Of a stretch of 64,000 bases of DNA, positions 38,330-50,649 are shown piece by piece; positions within the stretch are counted from its first letter, which is position 1; every line of letters begins with the position of its first letter. The position numbers and the translations under genes are program-made. This DNA is from Lama guanicoe. Taxonomy: Eukaryota. The notes under the pieces are model-generated. The model ran no database searches and was not told where the DNA came from. It saw only the letters and a list, made by a program, of their open reading frames with translations. The stretch lies in NCBI GenBank assembly GCA_013239625.1, contig MU054187.1:1487964-1551963 (forward strand). Direction: 5' to 3'.

Positions 38330-39100
38330 TGCTCAAATGGTTTAAACATTTCTAAATAACAATTTTATTTTGAATTCAATCGTATGATTTTAGATTAGTG
38401 GAACTGAAGAGTATTGCCCAGGTGAAGTTTGCTCTTGAGAATTTTCATTTTTCTTGTGATACAGAGCATACAATCAACTTTTGAAAATTATCCACGACTA
38501 CTTGAGCATAAAGTTAATTTCAGTTTACAGGGTACAAAGCTGGATACATCTCTCACGAACTGATCTCAATAAGAAGGCTCGAAGGCACTTCCATTGAAGT
38601 GCGCTGAACGGAGGCAAAGCTATTTCAAAGGTGGGAGTTCTAACCGTCTCACGTACAGATTGTTAAATGGAAGCGCACCTTCTTGTCTCAGTTAATGCTT
38701 GTTTACTGAAGTAGAGTTGATTTACAATGCTGTGCTGGTTTCTGGTGCACAGCAAAGTGATTCAGTCACACTATGTAAATGCTTTTTCATTACAGTTTAT
38801 TACAAGGTATTGAGTAGAGTCCCTCAGTTCATGCTGTTCTTCTTTAAAAAGGTGTTGCTGCCACTCGTGTCTGTGTCTATTCGGGACCTGACTTACTTTC
38901 ACGTACACTTTTCCATTTGTGCATTCTCAGTGTTTTGCTTACGTGCGTCCCCCGCAGGGTGCGGAGCTGAAGTTTGCCTTTGGAGACACCTGAGAGTGCT
39001 CTGCTGGCAACAGCTCTCTTACTGCATTAACGCTTGGGCTCTCTCTGGGCCTCATCAGCTTCCTTTCATTTTGATTGTGGTCCACGGAAGCTTCCTTCCG
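38330..39100 (-). mobile_element. Old L1 remnant containing a younger L1 3' end (38700-38830)
   Basis: tactgaagtagagttgatttacaatgctgtgctggtttctggtgcacagcaaagtgattcag matches an antisense artiodactyl-type L1 3' terminus. Confidence 0.7.
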
Positions 39101-39321
39101 TCTCAACCTCGTTCCTGTCACTCTCCCAGGGACCTGCAGGTCACACGCCCTGGTCTTACAGGTGAGGACCTTCACAGTTCACGGGAGCACATCTGAAGTG
39201 AAATTCCACTTTTTTTCAACATCCATATTGAAACACTATTAATAATTCTAAATACTAAATAATACAAAAAGGGACATATCCGATGGGAAAATAAATTTGG
39301 GGCATTAAGAGACCATTTCCT

Positions 39322-39405
39322 CCCATCCAAGTACTAACCAGGCCTGAACCTGCTTAGCTTCCGAGATCAGACGAGATCGGGCGCGTTCAGGGTGGTGGGG
39401 CCGAC
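39322..39405 (-). pseudogene. 5S rRNA retropseudogene, 3'-truncated and tailless
   Basis: Reverse complement GTCGGCCCCACCACCCTGAACGCGCCCGATCTCGTCTGATCTCGGAAGCTAAGCAGGTTCAGGCCTGGTTAGTACTTGGATGGG matches about the first 87 nt of mammalian 5S. TSD aagag(a/g)ccatttcct lies at 39307-39321 and 39406-39420. Confidence 0.95.
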
Positions 39406-39701
39406 AAGAGGCCATTTCCTAACTCAAACAACTTACTGAAACTTTGCTGGTGAATAGCCTAGTTCTGGAACAGGAAGGTGCCTTCCCCCGGGGATGTTAC
39501 GGATCGTAAATAAATGTGAAACGCTGCACTTGGAAGATAACTTAACATCCTGGGGCCTTGTGCGAGGCTGTTCCCAGGCGAATGTTTCGTGCTCCGTGTA
39601 AAGTGGGGATCACCAGCGGAGTCTGACTCATGACCATTTCACTGTTGTATTATTTCCAGGCTATTTACTGTCCTTTCTCCTGCTATGAAGTTTGTTCTCA
39701 C

Positions 39702-39780
39702 CTTGATTTCAACAAGCTTTTCACATAAGATGTTTTGTACGAGCAGAACGAAGGCGAGCAGGAGATGTCCTTGCAGCGTT
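39702..39780 (-). other. Candidate exon (79 nt)
   Basis: ttgctatttttaacag|AACGCTG...AATCAAG|gtgaga; both splice sites are strong and two frames are open. Confidence 0.35.
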
Positions 39781-41789
39781 CTGTTAAAAATAGCAACAAC
39801 TTTCAAAGACAAACCTGAGAACGCTCTTGCAATTTAATTGGTTCATTAAAGACTTTACAGGAATTGCTGAAATCTTACTTCTGTAGTCATACTTTAAAGG
39901 CTTTTTATAAGTTAAACATGAAACAGCCACAGCATCATGAAATATTATGGTAATAAGATGAGTCTCTTATGGAAGAAATTAAACTTTCATCAGCTTACAA
40001 ACATAAGCCCAATTTATTTGAGCTAAGGTTATGAGTAAACATAAATTTATTTACATTGGTACATAAACTACACTGTATTTAAAATTACTTGATGCTTTAA
40101 AGACAGAACTGAATGTGAAGTGCGTGGCTGGAAATGCACGACCAGATGGTCCCGTAAGTCCCAGGAGAAAATACGCATCTGCTGGCTCTTGTGAAACTGT
40201 TTTGTTTGAAGGAGGTTTTATTTAATCCAGTGGCCTGGTGTCTGAGCACATCACTCGTCTGGTCTTGGGAAACTGTACCACCTGTATTCGGTGTTACTTT
40301 TTTTATTTCTGGAAGGAATAGAGAGTAAGTCATTTGCTGCCTGGTACTCCAGGAAAGGCTTCACGCTCTGTGGAAAATCAAGTTTATCAGTAGAGTCTGA
40401 TTTATAACACAAACAAATGTGCCGATTATAGAGTTTGTTGCAGTAAGCAGATGGGTAATGAGGACTTATGAATATTATTTAATTGCATCTGTAATCCTAC
40501 AAGACGCTGCAGAGGCCCTTCATCTATTGATTAGATGATACGGAAAATTGCCTTAAATTGATGGTAAAATGTCAAGTGTTGCATTTACAGTCTGTTAGCA
40601 CAGGACTCCAAATGAGAAGTCCAGCCAGCTGACGGAGAGGTCCCGTGTTCACTGCAGGCGGGAGAGGCTTGAGGGAGATCCCACAGCTTCGCAGACAAGA
40701 GGCCGGGAGGGGGACGGCGGCAGCTGCCAGGCAGGGTGTTTGCTTCTTCCTCGGCGTGGCCCCCGAGATTCTAGGTCAGAGCAGCTTTAATCTTAAAAGA
40801 AGAAAAACCACCAAAATGGTGTTTATGACTAAATTCCAGGTCCTGCCTCAGCTCCCGAGCAGAAGTGGTTTCCTCACGGCCTCAGTGTATTTTCCGCCCA
40901 CACAACAGTGTGCACGAAATGATTAAATGGAAACCCTGTGACCTTCAGTGACAACCTCAGTGCTGTCACGTGGGAAAGCGCGGGTACCCTGTGGTCCCCA
41001 AGAGCCTAGGTCTGATGGGAACGCAGCTCATCCAGAGGCAAGAAGAAAGGTCTGCCCGACGGGGAGTGGCTGGTCACAGGGGCCCGGGAGCTGCAGCCGT
41101 GGCCGGGACCCCAGCCCCTGGAGGAGGGGCCCTCCCCTCGGCTCCCATCCCCACGGAACCTGGCGGCTCGTGTGCGCTCCTGTGGACGGAGAGGGCTGCG
41201 GGAGGCCCCGGGAACAGAGCCACAGAGAGCCCCCCAGAACGACGGCAGCCCTGGGGGCCCAGCCCAGCGGAGGACTCAGGCAGCTCAGCTCTGGAAGATT
41301 CCAAGGTCAGATTTCTGCCCTCAGCGCTCCGGGGTGTGTGCTTCCCTTCCTGCCCAAGCTTGGAGGGGCTGAGGTCACGGCGAGGTCGCCACCTTCCACC
41401 CGGTTTCTGCCCTGGAGGCACCTCCACGACCCGGCCGCACGCCCTGATCCAAAAGAGGAAGAGTGTCAGGACCGGGGGAGGACGCCCTCGGTGGGGGGTG
41501 GACAGCAGGACAGAAGCACTCAGGCCCCGCAAGTGCCGCGGGAGGGTTTTTTTTTTTTTGTATTTGAGACAAATTTAGTATGTTTTCTCAAATTTAAGTC
41601 TCAGAGGTTTTTTGTTTTTGTTTTTTTTTTTTCTGAAGAGCTGGTACATTCTGGAAAAATAGTTAGATGAAGATATTACCTCAAAAGAAGGGTCACTTCA
41701 CTTGCCACCACATGAAATAGAAAAGATAGTTATTTCTTAATATTTGTGATGTGACTATATAAATAGTATCACGTAATTACACACATAAG

Positions 41790-42485
41790 TGCGGGGGGCC
41801 ACTCATGACCTGAGGGCTGCCGAGCACAGAAACTGGGCCTAAACTCCCAGAGTGCGGGGCGTCAGGCTCTAAGGCTGACTGAGCAAAGACAATCTCTGTC
41901 CCGCCACCCCTTTGTTAGAAAAACAGCAGGTGCATTTGGAGTCGGAAAAACATCTTGATGCCATTGAGTTATTAAGAACAGGGGCTTCTGGAAAGAGAGA
42001 TACAGGTCACACAAGTTAGTGATCTTAGTAACAATCACCTGAGTTACCAATACACAAGTTACATAAGTTAGTGATCTTAGTGACAATCACCTGAGTTACC
42101 AATACACAAATCACGATGTTAGCCTAGAGGAACAATAACAGTTATCAATGATGTTAGCTCATGGGGAACGGTTAGTCTTGATTGATGAGAAATATAAACA
42201 ATAATGATGTATGTAACTATGCACAAGTTACTGATTTTAGTACACATTGTTAAGAGATCATAAAAACAATACCGTTACCTACGATACTGTTGCCTATGGG
42301 TTAAAAGCATATAAATTAACTGCTGGAAATAAACACGAGGTCCACTCTTGACCTAGCGTCTTGCGGGCTAGAGTGAGACCCTCTCCCCCACCTTTTAGTC
42401 TTGTCTTCCTTTTAGTCTTGTCTTTCTTTTCTCAGTCCTGCAGCACAGATTTCTGGACCTGATCGATTGTCGGCTGGCTCCGACA
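41790..42485 (+). mobile_element. Young solo LTR, ERV2/betaretrovirus-like
   Basis: TG...CA ends; perfect 6-bp TSD cataag (41784-41789 and 42486-42491); TATAAA at 42310 and AATAAA at 42328; 52-bp U3 duplication. Confidence 0.9.
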
Positions 42486-43139
42486 CATAAGTATTAAAAC
42501 AGTGTCGCTTCTAAACTTGCAACATGAGGTTTCTTTGTACTGTGTTTTTCTCAGCCCATTAATACATTATCTCTCGCTTCCACATGATCACTGAGTAGCT
42601 AGGAAACAAATAAATTTGACTTTATTCAAGGAAAATTATTATTTTTATGTCTCCATTACCAACAATTGCACCATGTTTACAGCAGATTCATTCAAATATA
42701 CTTGTCATTTGAAAATCTTTAGAAAATTGAATCTGCAGAAGGGGTATTTAAAATGTGCTCCTAAATTAGAAGATTGATTTAAGACCAATTGTCATTATTT
42801 AGATTAACTGCCATTATATTTTAGTACGTCCATGCAAATTTATCTTGTTATTTTAAAAACAGTTCTTAATGATATGAGTAGCTGCATATATTTAATGTTA
42901 AATGAAGAAAGCAGAATGTAAAATTATAGATTCAAATTTATCTCAGCCACATAAAGAAAAACAGCACAAAATGCTGCAGAGCGACCTTCCCAAATGTGAA
43001 AAGCACTAGCCTCTGGGTGGTCAGATGGGGATTCCTTTAAAATCCTTTTCACCTTTTCGGTGCTGTGCAAGTTTAGTAAGACAGACACGCTCTGCTTCAG
43101 TCATCACAGTCGCCATGGGATGTGGGACTGTCCGGGTTA

Positions 43140-43661
43140 TGTAACAGGGAGAACAAACCTGACCCTGTATCACGTCTGTTCCCTTAGCTCTAACTCTGGG
43201 CTCCGTTTCCGGTGCTCAGTGGTGCTGCTTCTGTACCTTTTGTAAAATAATGTCGCTTGTAGCCTGACATCTGCAGGACAGCCCATTCTCAAGGCTCTGA
43301 TCTTAAAGGGTGTAACACTTTCCCATTCACATAAAGATTAAAAAGTTGCAGAATAGAAAATAACATTTGTCTTGTTGGAGGTTTACAGGGACACCTTAAC
43401 CTGACCAACATGAACAGCTGCAAGAACAAAGGATTCCAACACCAAGAAGTTTGCAACAACCAACATCACCCCATCTCCTCTTTTTCATATAAAAGGAGCC
43501 TGAATTCTGATTTGGGGAAGATGGTTCTCAAGGACACGAGTCCCCCATCTTCTCCATCTTCTGGCTTTCCAAATAAAGTCATTCTTCCTCGCCCCAGCAC
43601 CTCATCTTCCAATCTACTGACCTGTCACATGGCAAGCAGAATGAGTTTGGACTTGGTAACG
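43140..43661 (+). mobile_element. Solo ERV1-class LTR (same family as 23768-24276)
   Basis: Colinear homology with 23768-24276; TATAAAA and AATAAA present. Confidence 0.85.
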
Positions 43662-44457
43662 AATTCACTGCTAATTTCTAAATTAATTCTAAATTTCTAA
43701 AACAATTTTCCTGCCAAATGTTACCACTGTCTTGTTCTTCTGCTTATTTTTAATGTAATTTTGTATCTTTGAAAATATTGTTAGATGAATGTCTCAGAAT
43801 AAGTAATAAAGATATGTTGCATTCTGGATGGTTAAGCTTAAATTATACCCATGAGAAATAATGGTTAATGGAAATTGGTAAGTCAAAAAGGTGAAATTAA
43901 CAGCCATGAATTGTAAGAGTTCAGAAAATAAATGGCAGTTTGAGGTTTAAAAATCAGAACATTGAACCTTCCTGAAGAATGTAATCTTGGTTTTGTTCAT
44001 TGTAGTGCTTTGCTGTTGATCTGTTTCTCCATTCTTAACCAATTCTTAACCAATTCGGCTAAACATTAAACAATAAACCACACTGAGTAACTCATTAACG
44101 CTCTACAGCTTATGCTTGAAACAGGAACAGCAGCGAGCTCCAACCTCATTAGAGGGAAGGCGGAGATCAACAAATTTTCAAAACACTTCTCACTGACTCA
44201 TCCCCGTTACTTAGGCGAGTGTCAGCTCATTTTTTTTTTTTTAACTTTTTTCAACAGTAGACACTGTAGCTCTTCCTCCTTGGTTCCAGTTAGTCCCTGG
44301 GAGCATATAAAGCAGCTTCTGTATTAGCATCTTTGGTTGGTCACTTCACTTGTCCAGTGTCCTCCCCAAATCTAATACTCAGCAACATTTGTTCTGTACT
44401 TAAAACACCCCAGCTAACGGCGGTAGGGTTACGACGGTAAATAAAGTTACCCAGCCT

Positions 44458-44479
44458 GAGATGCCACCTGGTGGGCACT
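44458..44479 (-). promoter_or_regulatory. CTCF core motif
   Basis: Reverse complement CCACCAGGTGGCA is a close match to the CTCF core. Motif match only. Confidence 0.4.
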
Positions 44480-45264
44480 GCTCCTGAGAGTGACAGTGAC
44501 AGGACACCAGTCCCCTTCCTGCTGAGCCCAGGAGCAAGCTGGAAGGCCGCGGGGGGCTTTGACCAGAGCCCTGTCCCAACTGAATCAGCACCGAAAGAGA
44601 GCGCGCCACCCAGAGCAAGTGTGAAGCCGCCCTCGCAGGGCCTCCTGGCTCTGATGACGCAAAGTTTACCTGTGTTTAAGCTTAATTTCTAGCCTTTCTC
44701 TGACTGCAAAACAGAAACACACATGGAAACATAAGAGGAAACAGTCTAGCCCTGCCTCAAAGCGGTACTTCTCTTGCCATTTTGGTGCACAGAGTCCAAA
44801 GACAAGACCTGCGGACCCGGAAATGAGCTATTTCATGCCCCGAAGACAACAATGTCCATCCTTATCTAATTTCATTATGTCTTTTTGCCTTAACGTCTGC
44901 TTTAAAAGGGTGGATAAAAATAAGAATTTTCATTCAACTGGACCATTCAGAGAGGCACCAGGGCGGAAGGTCCTGCACGGAATTTTCCCAGGGCTGTCCC
45001 TCCCGCCTGATTCAGCGCGAAGGGCAGGTGATGGAGCAATTGTGACTTAAACGAAGCAAGAGCCTTTACCACAAACACTGAGGAACGGTGCTCTGTGGTA
45101 ACGTGTCCTTATGGAGATGCTTTCTGAGACTCTTCTGAAGTTTTACAACAATTACGATCATTTAGTAGCTTCCAGGGAGAAAATATGAAACATACCATTC
45201 AAAAAAGCCAAGTGCCCGCATGACTTTTACACAGAATCAGACGTCAGCTGTCTCAGGGCGACTG

Positions 45265-45700
45265 TGCTGGGGTCCAGAGCAGGCTGCCCCCAGGCGTATG
45301 CGGCATACTGACTCCTCTGAATTAAAGTTACTTCAGAAATGTGTAAGAGGGACACTCTGACCCTCCTCTCGGTCCCCCGGGAAGCAGGGTGTGAGTCTCT
45401 GGTGTGGAAGGTGCCTCCCTGCACCTGGAGGTGGAAGGATGCCCTCATCACCAGAGACCGGGGACTCAGGTGGAGAAGCCCCAACACCCCCCAAACCCAA
45501 CCTCTGTTCAGACTCGTCACTAACCAGGAACCCAAGACTGAGCTGCTGTGTCCTGTCAGTTCCTCACAAATGCGTTGTTTCCTTAACTGCCTGAATTACA
45601 ATTTCTTTTTCATTTGTTCGTCTGTTTTGTGTCAACTGTATTATCAGCCCAGCCACAAGGGCTCATGGGGGTGGAGGGGGAGATGTCCCCTCCCCCAAAA
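45265..45700 (+). mobile_element. ERV1 LTR (MER34-like), GC-shifted
   Basis: ggtccagagcaggctgcccc...tgaattaaagttacttcagaaa...actctgaccctc aligns with the 35417 copy. Confidence 0.75.
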
Positions 45701-47102
45701 CTGCTTCATTTTGAGAAAATCAAGGGGCAGACACGCTGTCAGAGAAACCACAGCCCTGCACGGCGGCCAGAGCAGAGCCGCTGACAGCAGGACATGGCAG
45801 TTAAAACTCAGGGTCATTAAAACACTAGAAAGAAAAGTTAATCTCAACTTGGAGGAAATTTTCCTCAGAACACTTTTTCCTGGAAGCTTCCCTCAGGCTC
45901 TAAATGCGTCCTGGAAGATTTTAATGACACTGTAACTTTTTTCTTTTAAAATTCCTCTACGACTAAAATCTTACGCATTCTTGGACAGCTGTAAGGCCCT
46001 GTCTTTAAGATGCATTATCTCTGTAACTGAAATGGCATGGAAAACTGAATAAATGGAGAAAACGAATTGTCACTATTTTCCTTTTTGAACAAGTGCATGA
46101 CGCTTTCCATTTTTTGCTTTTACAGAAGGAAGAACATTTCTTTCTACCACTAATTTATAGGAGGAAATAATCTAAGATACTTTACATAATATTTTACAGA
46201 GGACTAAAAATGTAATAGTCATCAAATTTTCAAAAGCAGGGTATAGAATGTATGACTCTACCAATATGTACAATGACATTAAATGATTACTTAAAATCTA
46301 CCTTGGGATCAACTGAAGAAAAAAGGGAAGAGATGGAACAAAAATAGTAATTAAAATAAAAAAGAACAAGAAGAAACAAAAGAATAAAATCATAAAACCG
46401 ACGGCGGCTGAGATGCGGAGAGGCAGAGACACACCCAGGAGAGGCCGTGACAGACTGCCACACGGGAAGGGGGCGGGCTCCCCTCCACCAGAAGCCCGTG
46501 TGCGCGGGACACTGGCGCGTTCGGGCAGATCCAGAGACTCTTTCGTGAAAATCTGGACGTGCACGGCATGGCAACTTCTAACAAGAAAGTCCCCTCCCTT
46601 CGTTTTCACCCCAATGGTCGACACGGATGAGATATTTGCTTTTTCGTGTATATATCACAGTCAGGATAAGATCCAAATATTGAAAAAGTAAACACTTTTA
46701 TTAAATTTTTCTGACATACAGGAACCCTTTGAAATCTCTGGCCCTGTGAAGTGTCTTTCTGCTTAAAAGTTTCATCAATAAGTAAGTTTTGGGGGTTAAA
46801 GACGTGTAACCAAAAAGACGGGAAAACAACCAAAAACAGAAAGGGAATACATCTTTCCCTGTGTGAACTGGCGTCGCTGAATGTCATGTCTACCACCCAT
46901 ATACAACTATCTAACACACCCTGGGGTAAGCGTCACACACTTGCAGAAACACAGTAATAAGCCTCGGTTTTAATTCCTGACTGTGACGTAAACACTCAAC
47001 CCTTTCACTCAGGCCATAAATTTTAAAATGTTTGGAGATTTCTGCAAGGCGCTGAAGTCATGCTCCACTTCATTGCCGTAGCTGTAGTAAGACAGCCTGA
47101 GA

Positions 47103-47146
47103 GATGGACAGATGATAGACAGATAGATAGATTGATAGATCGACAG
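47103..47146. repeat. Imperfect (GATA/GACA)n microsatellite
   Basis: gatagacagatagatagattgatagat. Confidence 0.8.
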
Positions 47147-47204
47147 AAGTCTATTCTACGTGCTAAGGAATAAGCGTTTTTATTTTTATTGTCCTATTTA
47201 ATCT

Positions 47205-47347
47205 TAACTATGCTCAGTAGGTCAGGTATATTAAATGCACCTTTGACTTAATATTAGTATTTAATAATTATTAATATTATTCTTGATATTTTCAGCTTAG
47301 GATGGGTTTATTGGGCTGTGATGCCATCGTAAGTAGAGGAAGATCTG
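47205..47347. mobile_element. Tigger4/Zombi-like terminal fragment
   Basis: gtaggtcaggtatattaaatgca...gatattttcagcttaggatgggtttattggg...ccatcgtaagtagaggaagatctg, with an internal AT-rich insert. Confidence 0.75.
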
Positions 47348-50300
47348 ATCTCACCTCTACTGTGACAGTGGGAAAGTGGCCACAGATAAGACATTAACAA
47401 GTGGACGGGACTGAGTGACAACAGAACTGTAAGGACCGGTGGCCGGCCTGCAGGCTGCAGCCCGCCAGCCCAAGTGACAGGCTGGCGTGAAGGGTGTCCA
47501 CAGCCACTCTGACATTTCTGCGCTCACAGAGCTGGTCTCACTCTCCGAAGTACGCTGGGGCACAGGGTCCTAACCCTACGGTCACACGTGCCTGGAAGTC
47601 CTTGGTCTGCCAGGGGCTCCCTGGGGACTGGGCCTCTCCCTCTGGACCGGGGATCTGTTCTCCTGGAGGGACCCCTGGTGTGAAGTGGGCCTGAGCCAGA
47701 CAGACAGGTGCGCTGCTCATTCTCTGCCTGCCTCACATGTTGTGAAGACGCCGCGGAGTGACCGACCCTCAGAGACAGGTGCTTAGACCAGGGAAAGCAT
47801 CTGGGGCGAGTCCGGCTAGTCCCTGAGGAGCAGGTGACCCCCGAGCAAGCGGAGCTCACAGCCCAGGCCCCTCCCAGACCCGCATGCTCATAAGACGCAT
47901 CTCAGGGCCTGTAGTCCTAGAGCTTCCCTGACTCTCAGCGCCGTTCCAGATGCTGGGACATTGCAGGGAAACGAGACAGTCCTGGTGATGCTGTGTTGGA
48001 GCAGAATGGATTCCTTAAAATCACTCATCGGAACCAAGTGACAGACATCTGGAGGGCCTGCTGACAGCGGCCCAGAGACCAGCAAGGACAAGGACTGGGC
48101 AGGAGCTCTTTAAGCTCAAGGAGACAGACAGTAAAGCCGACATGAACCCGCCCCCAACTTCACGTTTGAAGAGCTGAAATTTGACGCCACAGAGAAACCA
48201 GTCCTGAAAAAATAATGTCAAAGCTCTCTGGTAACGTGTCCCAGATCAGTTGCACCACTGATCAGAAGTATCAGAATAAACATACATTGCACGACTGTCA
48301 AAAAAGGCTGTAAAGACCATGAAAGGCAGGAACAGGGTTTACTCCCCCGGCCGCCCCTCCTCCCAAATCCTGGCTTGTAAACAGCAGCAGCATAATAAAT
48401 GTTCACAGAGCAGACCTGCTCCTGAGGAGGCCAGCGCTCTTCATGCAAACAGAGAAGCTCAGTCTCACAGAAGGGTTTTTTTTTTTTAATGGATTACAGA
48501 AATAAGGGTAAAGGGGGAATTAAGAAAATTATTGGACCAAAGAAACTGTCAAAATGTTTAAAGGAAAGGTACGTTCAGTTAAAAAGTAAAAGGTGAGATT
48601 ATGGAGGAGCAGGCAGTGAACGGCTCAAAGACATGGCGTAACTTGGCTTTCAGGGGAGAAAACGGTGCTACGAGACATCACGGGCCGCGGTCTGTGGTAA
48701 AACAGGCACCAGACGGCTGTGTGATTGCTTGCTTGCCTTTTTTATATTTTCTTAAGCAGAGAAAAAAATAGGCCCACAAGACTTTTAAAAGCTCTATGAC
48801 TGCCGATGGGAGCCAAACTCACTTCAGGCAGCTCTGAGGGCAGCCTGCCCGCCCCTCTGAATCACCACAGAAGGTCTTTGGAGGACGGGGCTGTCACACA
48901 CGATGGCACAGCTGCCCACAGCTCCTGTCTGAGGTTTCTAAGGGAAGATTCTGCAGCGTTACAGCAAGCCGCGCACCGTGGGCCTCTCCTGCTCCGGGCT
49001 CCCCGGGCGAGGAGTAGATGTGCTCTAGAGACGGGTGGTCCGCAGTGCTTCCATCAGGAAGGGCGGCCCCTGCAGCGCGACTGCGGCTTGGCGAATACAG
49101 GGGAGGCTCGACGGGGCCTCTGAGGTAGAAAGTGCTAAGCGATGGAGGCGGAGAAGTGGGGCTCACAGTGCGAGGACACCGACTTGGGTCTGCAGACGGA
49201 GGGGGCTCGGCCAGGCAGGGGGAGGAGAGCAGCGTCTCCGGGACCGAAGAGGTCCGGGTGCGCTCCGAAACGGGTTGAACAAGCATGAACAAGGTCTGGG
49301 TGGGGAAGCGACAAGAAATACGGCTGAAAACTTAGATTAGGACCTGCGTCCGAAGGGACTTGTTTCCAAGTTCAGTATTTTTCCTGAGCTAACTGGAAAG
49401 AGAAACTCCTATGAGGTTTTTATGCAGCGAGCTGAGACGTCTCATTTTTGTACTTTGCAATAAACCTGCTGCTGTAAGAAGGCAGGGAGGTGGTGTAGGA
49501 AGGCAGGGGGAGCCGCTGTGAAAAGTCAGCCAGAAACACGGACTTAATTAAGGAAGGAAAAACTTCTGTTGAAACAATGGCACCAAGGCTAAAATTGCAG
49601 GAGGAAACGCGTTTTCCTTTTCTGGCTGTGGAGCTGTCGCTGCAAACAGACTGGTCCTTCAATGACAGACAATCAGAAAAGAAGGCAAAACAGATGAGTC
49701 CGTGGCTTTCAGACAGTGGAGGATGAGCAGCACAAAACTCAGAAACCTGAGAGGACAGCCTGTGACAGCGGCTCAGCCCCTGCCTGCAGGGCGCTCCCCA
49801 CGCCAGGCAGGCTGCGGGTCCGAGCAGGGGCCCGGGCGCCGTGCGGGGCAGCCCCCCGGCTCGTCCTGCGCTTCCACGGAGACGGGGCACAAAGCCGCGT
49901 GTGCACAAGTCCAGGGTGGAATCCCAGCAATCGACGTGCATTTAGACGTTACAAGACGAGCCAGGAAACCAAAACATGTTCATTTTCCTTTAGTCAGATT
50001 TTGGTGATTTAGGCAAAATAACATCAAATTGCATTAAAATGTATAGAGTTTTAGTAAAATAAAATGTAAAAATGAAATAAAACATACCTTTTGTTCATGA
50101 TAAAGCTTTCCATAAATAAGTTATTATGATCTCACGTTGTATACAACCAGGATTATAGTATAACGTTAGTATAAAGCAGTATAATATAGAGAATAATTGT
50201 ATAATATAGTGTAAACTTCTTTAGTTGAATTATTATAATTGTAAAATAATCTAACAGCATCAAATTTCAAAGATGGGAATAAAAGCAGATTCTGAAGAAA

Positions 50301-50415
50301 ATATATACAAATGTCATTTCATTTCACGTCTAAAGCACAATTACTAAGACGCACCACTATGAAACTCGCAAAACTGAGCTAAATTCAAGGCCGTGCTTCG
50401 CAGGGTTGAACTCAC

Positions 50416-50551
50416 TTCGCATTTTGTTCTTGCTAAATGAGCAGCACCGCTGCCTTCTTGGGAGACCAGGAACTTAGGCGATAACTGACTGACAATCGGG
50501 CTTTAACTGGCCTCTTGTCACTTGTTACTTGCTCGGTCATGCGTCCTCCTC
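50416..50551 (-). other. Candidate early exon just left of the CpG island
   Basis: cgccctgccag|GAGGAGG...ATGCGAA|gtgagt. Confidence 0.3.
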
Positions 50552-50649
50552 CTGGCAGGGCGGTGGCACTGACTGAGCTTTTAATTTTTTGAAACCGGGC
50601 TTGAGGTAACGCAGGAATCAAACGCTCGTGGTTTGTTGCAGCTTCATTC

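Noticed and set aside
39322..39405. Functional 5S rRNA gene
   Set aside because: About 30 nt are missing at the 3' end, box C is truncated, there is no T-run terminator, and it is flanked by a TSD.
40948..41670. Overlapping ORFs of 240, 202 and 152 aa
   Set aside because: GC-rich, stop-poor sequence open in several frames, with low-complexity P/G/R/A content and no recognisable domain.
42013..42110. CRISPR-like repeats
   Set aside because: Two adjacent units with no spacers, inside an LTR in mammalian DNA.
23768..43661. A single provirus bounded by the two homologous LTRs
   Set aside because: No PBS, PPT or gag-pol-env, no shared TSD, and the intervening DNA contains much older repeats.
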